DNA of 64,000 nt from an uncultured Burkholderiales bacterium (GTDB taxonomy: Bacteria; Pseudomonadota; Gammaproteobacteria; Burkholderiales; JAEUOS01), in NCBI GenBank assembly GCA_964470865.1, contig CAYYFR010000005.1:10858-74857 (forward strand), written 5' to 3'. Numbering within the stretch: the first letter of the stretch is position 1; each line of letters begins with the position of its first letter. The notes under the pieces were generated by a model. It was not told where the DNA came from and ran no database searches. It saw nothing but the letters and a program-made list of their open reading frames with translations. Position numbers and translations under genes: made by a program. This document shows positions 17,674-26,100 of the stretch, one piece after another.

Positions 17674-19228
17674 GGTGTTTCTCCCGCAGACTGGACCGTC
17701 GGAGCTCACCCTTGAGCACCTTGCCCAGCGCGCTCTTGGGTAATTGATCAACAAACTCGAAGCGACGCGGCACCTTGAACCCTCCGAGGTATGCCCGGCA
17801 GTATGCGGCAATCTCTTCGGCACTGGGCCGCATTCCCGGCTTTGCCACGATCACCGCCGTGACCATTTCCCCCAGGCGCTCATCCGCAACGCCTACGATC
17901 GCCGCCTCGGCGATGGCGGGATGACGATGCAGCACGGCCTCCACTTCGGAAGAATAGACATTCTCGCCACCGGTGATCACCATGTCCTTGAGGCGATCCA
18001 GCAGGTAAACATACCCTGCGGCGTCGATACGTGCCACATCGCCAGTGTGCAGCCAGCCGTCGCGCAGGGCTGCGCGCGTTTCCTCGGGACGGTGGTGATA
18101 GCCCTTCATGATGTTCGGGCCGCGCGCGATCAATTCACCCGCTGCGCCCGGCGCAACCTCGCTCCCATCCGGCGCCACCACCCGCAACTCATTGTGCGCA
18201 TTGGGCTTGCCGACCGAAAGCAGCGGCCCGTCGCGCTCACCGGTGACTGCCATGTGTTCGATGGCGGAGCGAAACTCGCGCGAATTGAAAATCGTGAGAT
18301 CGGGCGCGGTCTCGGTCATGCCGTAGCAATTGAACAGCTCAACAGCGGGAAACGCACCCGCGACCCGTTCGATCCATTCAAGCGGCAGCGGCGCTGCGCC
18401 ATAGATCAGAACCCGCAACGACGAAACATCGGCCGCCGCGAACTCAGCGCAGGAAACAGTGCCGATCAGCATGGTCGGCACCGTTACCACCGCGCCGACC
18501 CGATGGTATGCGATGGCCTGAAGGAAGGCCTGGGGTGAGAACATCGGCAAGAAACACTGCGCGGCCCCCTGCAGGAACCAGCCCATTGCCAGCAGGTCGG
18601 CCGAATGGAACATCGGTGCTGCATGCAGGTACACATGTTCGGGTCGCGCACCCACTGCAAGGCCAAACGCCAGGTTGTTGGACAGAATATTGGTGTGCGA
18701 CAAGCGCACACCCTTGCTGCGGCCGGTGGTACCCCCGGTGTAGAGCAACAGTGCGTCCGCATCCGCATCGGGATCGCTCGCGGCAATCGGCGCTGTCTCG
18801 GCAAGCATCGCTTCGTAGGCGGCCGCGTTGGCGCCGGCACTTTCGCCAAAGATGGTGATGCGGGCGCGCCAGGCGGCAAGAGCAGGATGTTCAAACATCG
18901 GCGCAAACACGCTTTCCACCATGACGCAGGTGCATTGCGCATCTTCGAGAATCTGCAGAAGCTCCGGCGCGGCCAGGCGAAAATTGAGCGGTACCGGAAT
19001 CGCACCGAGCCAGAAACCGGCCCACTTGAGTTCTTCGAAGCGAAAGCCGTTGCGCGCAAGAATGCCGAAGCGTTCATCGGGCAATGCGCCCAGGCGCCTG
19101 AGCATGCCGGCAGCACGTGACACCCGCACCCCGAATTCGGACCATGTGTAGGTTCGTGCAGTGTCCTGCATGGCCGGCCGCGGGCCGTGGTGCCGTACCG
19201 TCGAGGCGAGCGCCCTGACCAGATTCAT
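17657..19228 (-). CDS. Adenylate-forming acyl/aryl-CoA ligase (ANL superfamily), paralogue 1
   Basis: ORF 17657-19471, trimmed to ATG 19228 (MNLVRAL), which forms an ATGA overlap with the upstream stop. Motifs LLYTGGTTGRSKGV, CYGMTETA, WLHTGDVA, DRLKDMVITGGENVYS, PKSALGKVLK. Confidence 0.9.
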   Translation of the reverse strand: MNLVRALASTVRHHGPRPAMQDTARTYTWSEFGVRVSRAAGMLRRLGALPDERFGILARNGFRFEELKWAGFWLGAIPVPLNFRLAAPELLQILEDAQCTCVMVESVFAPMFEHPALAAWRARITIFGESAGANAAAYEAMLAETAPIAASDPDADADALLLYTGGTTGRSKGVRLSHTNILSNNLAFGLAVGARPEHVYLHAAPMFHSADLLAMGWFLQGAAQCFLPMFSPQAFLQAIAYHRVGAVVTVPTMLIGTVSCAEFAAADVSSLRVLIYGAAPLPLEWIERVAGAFPAVELFNCYGMTETAPDLTIFNSREFRSAIEHMAVTGERDGPLLSVGKPNAHNELRVVAPDGSEVAPGAAGELIARGPNIMKGYHHRPEETRAALRDGWLHTGDVARIDAAGYVYLLDRLKDMVITGGENVYSSEVEAVLHRHPAIAEAAIVGVADERLGEMVTAVIVAKPGMRPSAEEIAAYCRAYLGGFKVPRRFEFVDQLPKSALGKVLKGELRRSSLREKHHVQSG

Positions 19229-20487
19229 TTGGAGCGAAACTGCTGCCAGAACCGGGCGGGCTTCATGCGCTCGCCGAACTTGAGCTTGACATCGAGCCAC
19301 AGCGCCAGCTTCTTGAAAGGTGAAGCCGCCAGCCGTTGCCAGGCACGGTAATACCAGCGCGACCACCAGCGCGAGATGTCCTTGTTGTAGGGGCAAACAC
19401 GCATGCAGATACCGCATTCGGTCGCCTGGTTGACCCAGAACTTGAAGCATTTTTCCGCATCGATCTGCCACTTGCGAATGCCGATGATCGAGGACTGGTT
19501 GGGAATCACCTCGGTGGGCGGGCCCTGCGGAATCGCTTTCGGCGGGCAGGCATCGGCGCAGCGGCGGCAGGTTGTATCGCAGAACTCGCGCACGCCGAAC
19601 CTGATCGGCTCATCATGGTCAAGCGGCATGTCGGTATGGATCCGGCCGATTCGCACGCGCGGACCGAAGTCCTTGGTGATCAGAAGCCCGTTGCGGCCAT
19701 ACTCTCCCAGCCCGGCCTGGATCGCATAGGGAATCGCCAGCGATGAGTCGTTGACACTGGCAATCGCGCGATAACCCAGGTTGAGAATGTAGGTGGCGAT
19801 GCTTTGCACCAGTTCGCAGTCGCGCGAGTAGCCATGGCCCACGGCGATGCCGGCGGTAGCCGAGGGATAGCACTTGACGGCGTCGTAGTGCATCGCTGTG
19901 ACGATCACGATCACGTTGGGCAAACCTTCCGGAATCGAGTAGGGTTTCTCGGCCAGGGCCTTGGTTGCAAAACTGTGCGTGTAATGCCAGCGCGGATCGG
20001 AATGGGTGATGCCAACCCCGTCAGCCCCGAACAGGCGACTGACACGCTTGATCTCTTCGGCCATGGCAGCCGGCGACTCGACCGCTACCTGTTCCGCGCT
20101 GGGCTCCGAATAAGGCTGGATATAGTCGAGAAAACCATCGACCCGACCCTGGTGCAGGCTGCGCTGGATGGTCAGGTTGGCGCCCATCCAGCCGGCATTG
20201 CGCAAGGCGAAGTCGCGTACCGAATAGCCATCCGCGTTGCGCGCGCCCAGGCCGGGCTTGAACATGCCCTTGAACCAGTTGAGCACCTTCTCCGAGCGGA
20301 TCCGCGAATCCCACTGGCCGCGCGTGTAGATGTCGTTGGACTGGTTGAAGCGTTCGAAGGTATCGAGCACCTCGAAGCCGCAGGCTTCGTCCTTGGCATG
20401 CCGGAGCGCGGCCTTCAGGCGATAGGGCCCCTCGTTCCGCGGTTGCCGCTCCTGCGTCAACCGCCCCATTTCCTCAAGCGCACCCAT
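19225..20487 (-). CDS. Reductive dehalogenase (RdhA)-family protein, cytoplasmic type (no Tat signal)
   Basis: ORF 19225-20613. The predicted promoter (20557-20585) would start transcription near 20550, inside the longer ORF, so the start is set to ATG 20487 (MGALEEMGRL, GAAGG upstream). C-terminal Fe-S motifs CDTTCRRCADACPPKAI and C-x12-CGICMRVCPYN, preceded by an AGLGEYGRNGLLIT core typical of RdhA/QueG. Confidence 0.8.
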   Translation of the reverse strand: MGALEEMGRLTQERQPRNEGPYRLKAALRHAKDEACGFEVLDTFERFNQSNDIYTRGQWDSRIRSEKVLNWFKGMFKPGLGARNADGYSVRDFALRNAGWMGANLTIQRSLHQGRVDGFLDYIQPYSEPSAEQVAVESPAAMAEEIKRVSRLFGADGVGITHSDPRWHYTHSFATKALAEKPYSIPEGLPNVIVIVTAMHYDAVKCYPSATAGIAVGHGYSRDCELVQSIATYILNLGYRAIASVNDSSLAIPYAIQAGLGEYGRNGLLITKDFGPRVRIGRIHTDMPLDHDEPIRFGVREFCDTTCRRCADACPPKAIPQGPPTEVIPNQSSIIGIRKWQIDAEKCFKFWVNQATECGICMRVCPYNKDISRWWSRWYYRAWQRLAASPFKKLALWLDVKLKFGERMKPARFWQQFRSK

Positions 20488-20539
20488 GGCGAACCCTTCA
20501 CGAATTGCCTGTCGCGGGAACTTCTGTCCGCCTCGGCCC

Positions 20540-20556
20540 GGTACCTGACAAGTACC
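20540..20556. promoter_or_regulatory. 17-bp near-perfect palindrome abutting the -10 of the rdhA-like promoter (candidate TetR operator)
   Basis: GGTACCTGACAAGTACC: 7 of 8 arm positions pair around a central A. It covers the predicted transcription start of the minus-strand operon. Confidence 0.4.
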
Positions 20557-20585
20557 AGAATATAACGTTGGTTCAGTATCGTCAA
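20557..20585 (-). promoter_or_regulatory. Sigma70-type promoter of the rdhA-like operon
   Basis: Minus strand: TTGACG (20585-20580), 17 nt, TATTCT (20562-20557). Confidence 0.55.
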
Positions 20586-20635
20586 GCGCTGATTCCACTA
20601 CGGAAAGCGTCACTTTATGAGACTTGAACGACGGA

Positions 20636-20664
20636 TTGACACGGGAAATTCCGCAACCTATACT
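20636..20664 (+). promoter_or_regulatory. Sigma70-type promoter of the tetR/TRAP-SBP unit
   Basis: TTGACA (20636-20641), 17 nt, TATACT (20659-20664). It lies back-to-back with the rdhA-like promoter, with the two -35 boxes about 50 bp apart. Confidence 0.6.
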
Positions 20665-20676
20665 CGAAATAATTCT

Positions 20677-20686
20677 AACGATCGTT
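20677..20686. promoter_or_regulatory. Perfect 10-bp palindrome AACGATCGTT just downstream of the tetR promoter (candidate autoregulatory site)
   Basis: Read directly from the sequence. It sits about 6-15 nt after the predicted start site. 8-bp inverted arms TTGAACGA (20624-20631) and TCGTTCAA (20682-20689) bracket the promoter. Confidence 0.3.
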
Positions 20687-20693
20687 CAACGAC

Positions 20694-21404
20694 TTGAGAA
20701 CCTCACCGGCAACTTCGAAGTTGGCCAACAAGCCTACCGCCGGCCAGGCCCAGCGGCGCGACGAGTTCTTGCGCGCCGCAGCCGATGTGTTTGCCGAGCG
20801 TGGATATCACGGCGCCGGCATGCGCGAAATCGCCGATCGCTGCGGCGTACAACCGGCAGCGCTTTACTATTACTTTCCATCCAAGGCCAGCATTCTTGAG
20901 GCGATCTGCTATTACGGCATCACGCAGTTCGTCGAACGCCTCGCGGCGATACAGGCAGCGGCGCTTCCGGTCGAGGACAAGGTTCGTCAGGCCGTGCGTG
21001 CGCACCTCGAACCCCTGCTCGAAAACCGCTTCTATGTCCATGCCTTCCTGTTTCAGCGCCGCGAGTTGCCTGCGGCGGTGCGGCGACCGCTTGACACGCT
21101 GGCGCGCAACTATGAGGATTTGTGGCATGCGCTCCTGGTTGAAGGCCAGACCCGCGGCGTGATCGCCAGGGAAATTGACCGCAAGCTCACCGTACTGGCC
21201 ATTTTGGGCATGTGCAACGCCGTTGCCCGCTGGTCCGGCGTCGCCGCCGACCAGGGCCTGGACGCGGTTGCCACCACCTTCACCCGATTGATTTCATCCG
21301 GGCTGTTTGCCGATCGAGCCGAAACTACCAGGCCTGACCTGAGTCTGGTCAACACAAAACAGCGCCGCAAGCGTGCTGCCAACCGAGGAGAAAACTCATT
21401 ATGA
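20694..21404 (+). CDS. TetR/AcrR-family transcriptional regulator
   Basis: HTH region RRDEFLRAAADVFAERGYHGAGMREIADRCGVQPAALYYYFPSKASIL. The only in-frame starts ahead of the HTH are TTG 20694 or TTG 20721, so the start is uncertain. Confidence 0.85.
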   Translation: MRTSPATSKLANKPTAGQAQRRDEFLRAAADVFAERGYHGAGMREIADRCGVQPAALYYYFPSKASILEAICYYGITQFVERLAAIQAAALPVEDKVRQAVRAHLEPLLENRFYVHAFLFQRRELPAAVRRPLDTLARNYEDLWHALLVEGQTRGVIAREIDRKLTVLAILGMCNAVARWSGVAADQGLDAVATTFTRLISSGLFADRAETTRPDLSLVNTKQRRKRAANRGENSL

Positions 21405-22426
21405 AAAGTACTTTTCGCGCCTTGATCGCCGTCATTGGGGCGTCGATACTAGCCGCCGCACCTGCGGCATCCCAAACCATTCTGGATCTGAGCTCCTGGG
21501 TACCCGCCAGCCATCCTCTGGTTGCCGAGATGACTGTGCCGTACTGCAAGGAGATCGAGGCCGTTACGCAGGGGCGGGTGAGTTGCCGCATGCTGGCCAA
21601 ACCGGTTGCCAACCCGCCCGGCACCTTCGACGCGATTCGTGACGGCGTGGCCGATATCTCGTTCATGGTGCATGGCTACACGCCGGGGCGTTTTCCGCTG
21701 GCCGAAGCGGTCGAACTTCCGTTCATGGCCGATTCGGCCGAGGTGATGTCGGTCGCCTATCAGCGGATCTACGAGCGCCTGCTTTCCAGATACGACGAGC
21801 ACAAGGGCGTACTCACGCTCGGCGTGTTTACCCATGGTCCTGGCCAGGTTTACAACTCGCGCCGACCGGTTGTCGCGATCAAGGATTTCGAAGGTCTCAA
21901 GTTGCGGATTGCCAGCGGGGTCGTCAGCGACGTGACCCGAGCCGTGGGTGCCACGGCGGTACTCAAGCCAGCCTCCGAAAGCTATGAACTGATTTCCTCG
22001 GGTATCGTCGACGGCACCATGCTGCCCAAGGAAAGCCCGGTAGGGCTCAATCTGATGCGTGTGATCAAGCATGTTACCTATGTCCCGGGCGGGCTGTACA
22101 ACGTCAGTTTCGCGCTGATCGCCAACCCGGCGAAATGGTTGCAGATTTCGCAGGCGGACCGCGACGCGATAGCCCGAATTTCAGGCGAAGCGCTCGCACG
22201 CCGCTTCGGTCGGGCATGGGATGCCGCCGATGGCCGCGGTCAGAAGGCCGTGGCGGAAAACAACATACAGGTGGTGAACGCCAGCCCGCAGCTGGTGACT
22301 GACCTCAAGGCACGCACCGCCGGCCTTGAACAGGCATGGGTGGAAAAGGTCAAGAGCAGAGGCGCGGATGGAAAGGCCATTTTGGACGCACTACGTAGCG
22401 AGATCACGGTTCTGCAGAGAAAATAG
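21401..22426 (+). CDS. TRAP-transporter solute-binding protein (DctP family); no DctQ/DctM genes adjacent
   Basis: 341 aa. Signal peptide MKSTFRALIAVIGASILAAAPAASQ. DctP-like body (GTFDAIRDGVADISF, AEAVELPFM). The ATG overlaps the tetR TGA (ATGA). Confidence 0.8.
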   Translation: MKSTFRALIAVIGASILAAAPAASQTILDLSSWVPASHPLVAEMTVPYCKEIEAVTQGRVSCRMLAKPVANPPGTFDAIRDGVADISFMVHGYTPGRFPLAEAVELPFMADSAEVMSVAYQRIYERLLSRYDEHKGVLTLGVFTHGPGQVYNSRRPVVAIKDFEGLKLRIASGVVSDVTRAVGATAVLKPASESYELISSGIVDGTMLPKESPVGLNLMRVIKHVTYVPGGLYNVSFALIANPAKWLQISQADRDAIARISGEALARRFGRAWDAADGRGQKAVAENNIQVVNASPQLVTDLKARTAGLEQAWVEKVKSRGADGKAILDALRSEITVLQRK

Positions 22427-22656
22427 CCGATAGCCTGAACGCGGCCGAAGGCAAGACCAGGATCGCACGCCCCCCCACCATTGCAGCGGACCTTTGCCTG
22501 CAGGCACCTGCAAAATCAAGGGAGCGGGCAAGCCTGATATGCGGCCCCGTGAAGTGCGCCGCGACCGCGAATCGGCTAAAATTTGGTGCTTGGTCGCCTC
22601 ATAGCCTAAACATCCATCCGACTCATTCGTTTAGTCCGCCCATAAGCAATGGCGGC

Positions 22657-22684
22657 TTGACTCCATCGCCGCGCCGGTTATTCT
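22657..22684 (+). promoter_or_regulatory. Sigma70-type promoter candidate for fdxA
   Basis: TTGACT, 16 nt, TATTCT, ending 35 nt upstream of the fdxA ATG. Confidence 0.4.
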
Positions 22685-22718
22685 CAAGGCGTCGGCCCGT
22701 ACCAAGGACACCCGTTTC

Positions 22719-23045
22719 ATGACCCACATCGTCACCGAACCCTGCATCAAGTGCAAATATACCGATTGCGTCGACGTCTGCCCGGTGGATTGCTTCCGCG
22801 AAGGGCCGAACATGCTGGTGATCGACCCCGACGAATGTATCGATTGCGCGGTGTGCATTCCCGAATGCCCGGTCAACGCGATCTATGCCGAGGAAGACGT
22901 GCCGGACGGCCAGAAGCACTTCTACGATCTCAATGTCGAACTGGCCAAGGCCTGGAAGTCGATCACCAAGACCAAGGGCCCGCTGGCGGATGCCGAGGAC
23001 TGGAAAGACAAGGCCGACAAGCTGCCGCTCCTGGACCGGGGTTAA
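22719..23045 (+). CDS. fdxA: 7Fe ferredoxin (Azotobacter FdxA type)
   Basis: 108 aa. [18 protein letters not shown] and [16 protein letters not shown] are the classic [3Fe-4S][4Fe-4S] pattern. Confidence 0.95.
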   Translation: MTHIVTEPCIKCKYTDCVDVCPVDCFREGPNMLVIDPDECIDCAVCIPECPVNAIYAEEDVPDGQKHFYDLNVELAKAWKSITKTKGPLADAEDWKDKADKLPLLDRG

Positions 23046-23068
23046 GACCCGCGCGCAGCCCCCGAATG

Positions 23069-23095
23069 GGCCGCCCGCGCGGCCTTTTTGTTTTT
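23069..23095 (+). terminator. Rho-independent terminator after fdxA
   Basis: Stem GGCCGC/GCGGCC with a 4-nt loop, then TTTTTGTTTTT. Ends 15 nt before the next start codon. Confidence 0.65.
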
Positions 23096-23109
23096 ACGGA
23101 CATTCCCTG

Positions 23110-26100
23110 ATGCTCAATCTGGCCTTTGACCTGCAATTTCCTGATCTTTACAACCTGCCCGGGCTTTCCCGGGTCGACGCGGCCTTTCTCGCGCACCTGG
23201 CGGAGTCCGACATGGGCTTGCGGGCCAGGCTAGGTGAAGCGCGCAAGAATCCCGCGGCCCAAGATGCCAGGGCCGAGTCGGAGTTGTTGCTGGACTTGAG
23301 CCCGCACATGGACGATTTTCTGGGCCAGCTCTTCGGCATTTCGGCCGAAGTAAGCGCCCTGGCCGAACGCCACCATGAACTGGCGCCGCTGTTCGAAGTC
23401 AAGCGCCAGTTCGTGCAGCGCAAGGCCGCCAAGACCCATGATGCGGTGGCGGCCGCAAGCTTTGACGGCGCCGCCCTTGGTGCCGAACTGGGCAGCCTGT
23501 TAGGCGCTGCCGCAAGCGATGTCGCTGCCTTCGAACTGGCGTTCGCGCGCCAGGTGAAGCGCTGGCAAGCCGACGAAACCGGCTTTGCCGGTAGCCTCGA
23601 CCTGGCACTCAAATATGCTGCCTGGGCCCTTTTGACTGAAGCTGGCGCGCACCACCACGCCCCCGGCGTGCTGTTCAAGGCGCCGCGCAAGATCGACCCG
23701 CTGACCGTGATCGATCACGCCATCGAGCGCCGCCAAGTCGACGGCACCACCACCTTCACCATCAAGCCTGCGCATATTCGCCGCCGCCAGGGCTTCAAGC
23801 TGACCGACGCCGGCACCGATCTGACAGGCGCCCTGGACCAGGCCAATTACTGTATCTGGTGCCACAAGCAGGGCAAGGATTCGTGCTCCACCGGGCTCAA
23901 GGAAAAGCCGGCGGCCGACGGCGGCGTAGCTTTCAAGCGCACCGTTTTCGGTGTGCGCCAGGCCGGCTGCCCACTGGAAGAAAAGATCAGCGAGTTCCAT
24001 ATGGCCAAGGTGGCCGGCAACGCCATTGGCGCCCTGGCCATCATCGCGGTGGACAACCCGCTGGCCGCCGCCACCGGGCACCGCATCTGCAACGATTGCA
24101 TGAAATCATGCATCTACCAGAAGCAGGAACCGGTCAACATACCGCAAGCCGAGACCCGCACCCTGAAGGACGTGCTGGAACTGCCCTGGGGCTTCGAGAT
24201 CTATTCGCTCCTGACGCGCTGGAACCCGCTCAATCTCAGGCGCCCATTGCCGGCTGTCCCGAGCGGCTACAAGGTACTGGTGGCGGGCATGGGCCCGGCC
24301 GGATTCGGCCTGTCGCACAACCTTCTGAATGACGGCCACACCGTGGTCGGCATCGACGGCCTGAAAATCGAACCGCTTGCGCAATCGCTTTCCGGCGTGC
24401 GCCTGGATGGTTCGCGCACCGCGTTCGAGCCGATTCGCGATTTCGCCGAGATCAAGGAAGAACTCGACGAACGCACCATGGCCGGATTCGGCGGTGTTGC
24501 CGAATACGGCATCACGGTGCGCTGGGACAAGAGCTTTCTCAAGGTGATACGCCTGCTGCTCGAGCGTCGAGCGGAGTTCGCGCTGTTTGGCGGCGTACGC
24601 TTTGGCGGCACCGTCACCCTCGATGATGCGTGGGCGCTGGGATTCGACCATGTCGCGCTGGCCATCGGTGCCGGCCGCCCGACAGTCCTCGACATTCCCA
24701 ACGGCTTTGCGCGCGGCGTGCGCACCGCCTCCGATTTTCTGATGGCGCTGCAACTGACCGGCGCAGCCAAGGCCGATTCCATCGCCAACATGCAGTTGCG
24801 CCTGCCGGTGGTGGTGATCGGCGGCGGCTTGACCGCGATCGACACCGCCACCGAGTCACTGGCCTACTACCAGGTACAAGTGGAAAAGTTTCTCGCGCGC
24901 CACGAGATCCTGGTCAAGGAACAGGGCATCAGCGCGGTGCGCGCCGCCTGGCGCGACGAAGAACGCGAAGTCGCGGAGGAGTTTCTGGCACATGCGCGCG
25001 CGATTCGCGCCGAGCGTGAGACCGCCGCGCGCCAGGGCCGCGAGCCGCGCGTAATCGAGTTGCTCAGGAACTGGGGCGGCGTGACCATTGCCTACCGCAG
25101 GCGCTTAGTCGACAGCCCGTCCTACACCCTCAATCACGAGGAAGTGGAGCTTGCCCTGCAGGAAGGCATCAGCTTCGCCGAAGGCCTGACGCCCAAGCGC
25201 GCCGACATCGACAACTACGGTGCGGTCAAGGGCATGGCGTTCGCCCGCAGTCGCATCAAGGCCGATGGCAAGTTCGAAGGCGATGGCGACACCTGGCTGC
25301 CGGCACACACCGTGTTCGTGGCCGCCGGCACCCAGCCGAACACGGTGCTGGCGCGCGAGGGCGACGCTGCCGCACGCGCGCAATTCAAGGTCGACGGCAA
25401 GTATTTCGCCGCCTGTGATGAAGACGGCCAAGCGCTCAAGCCTGAAAGCTCGATCTCGAAGCCGCGCAAGGCCGACGTGCTGCTAGCGAAAACCGCCGAC
25501 GGCCGTTTTGTCTCTTATTTCGGCGATGTCCATCCTTCGTATTTCGGCAACGTCGTCAAGGCACTGGGTTCCGCCAAACAGGGTTTCCCGGTGGTCACGC
25601 GCGTGCTCGCGCAGCGAGCGCCGTCGCTCTGCGCAGCGGCCAGTGCGGGCGCGGCGCATGGCGTCACTCACCCCAATCCATTCATCGCCCACCTGAACTC
25701 CGACTGGCGTGCCACGGTTCATGAGGTTGTCCGACTCACACCCACCATCATCGAAGTGGTGATCAAGGCGCCGGCTGCGGCGCGCAAGTTCGAGCCCGGC
25801 CAGTTTTACCGGCTGCAAAACTTCGAATCACTGGCGCCTTTTGTCAAGGACACGCGCCTGCAAATGGAAGGCCTGGCAATGACCGGCGCCTGGGTCGACC
25901 GCGAGGCCGGCCTGGTCTCGACCATCGCGCTTGAAATGGGCGGTTCGTCAAACCTGTGCGCCTCGCTCAAGCCCGGTGAAGCGGTGATCCTGATGGGCCC
26001 GACCGGCGCGCCCACCCACATCGTGCCCGACCAGACCGTAGCCCTGGTTGGCGGCGGCCTCGGCAATGCCGTGCTGTTCTCGATCGGCCAGGCGTTCCGC

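Noticed and set aside
20488-20613. Upstream 42-codon extension (GTG 20613) of the rdhA-like ORF
   Set aside because: The best promoter (TTGACG-17-TATTCT) would initiate near 20550, downstream of that GTG. ATG 20487 has a GAAGG SD. This is not proven; 5'-end mapping would settle it.
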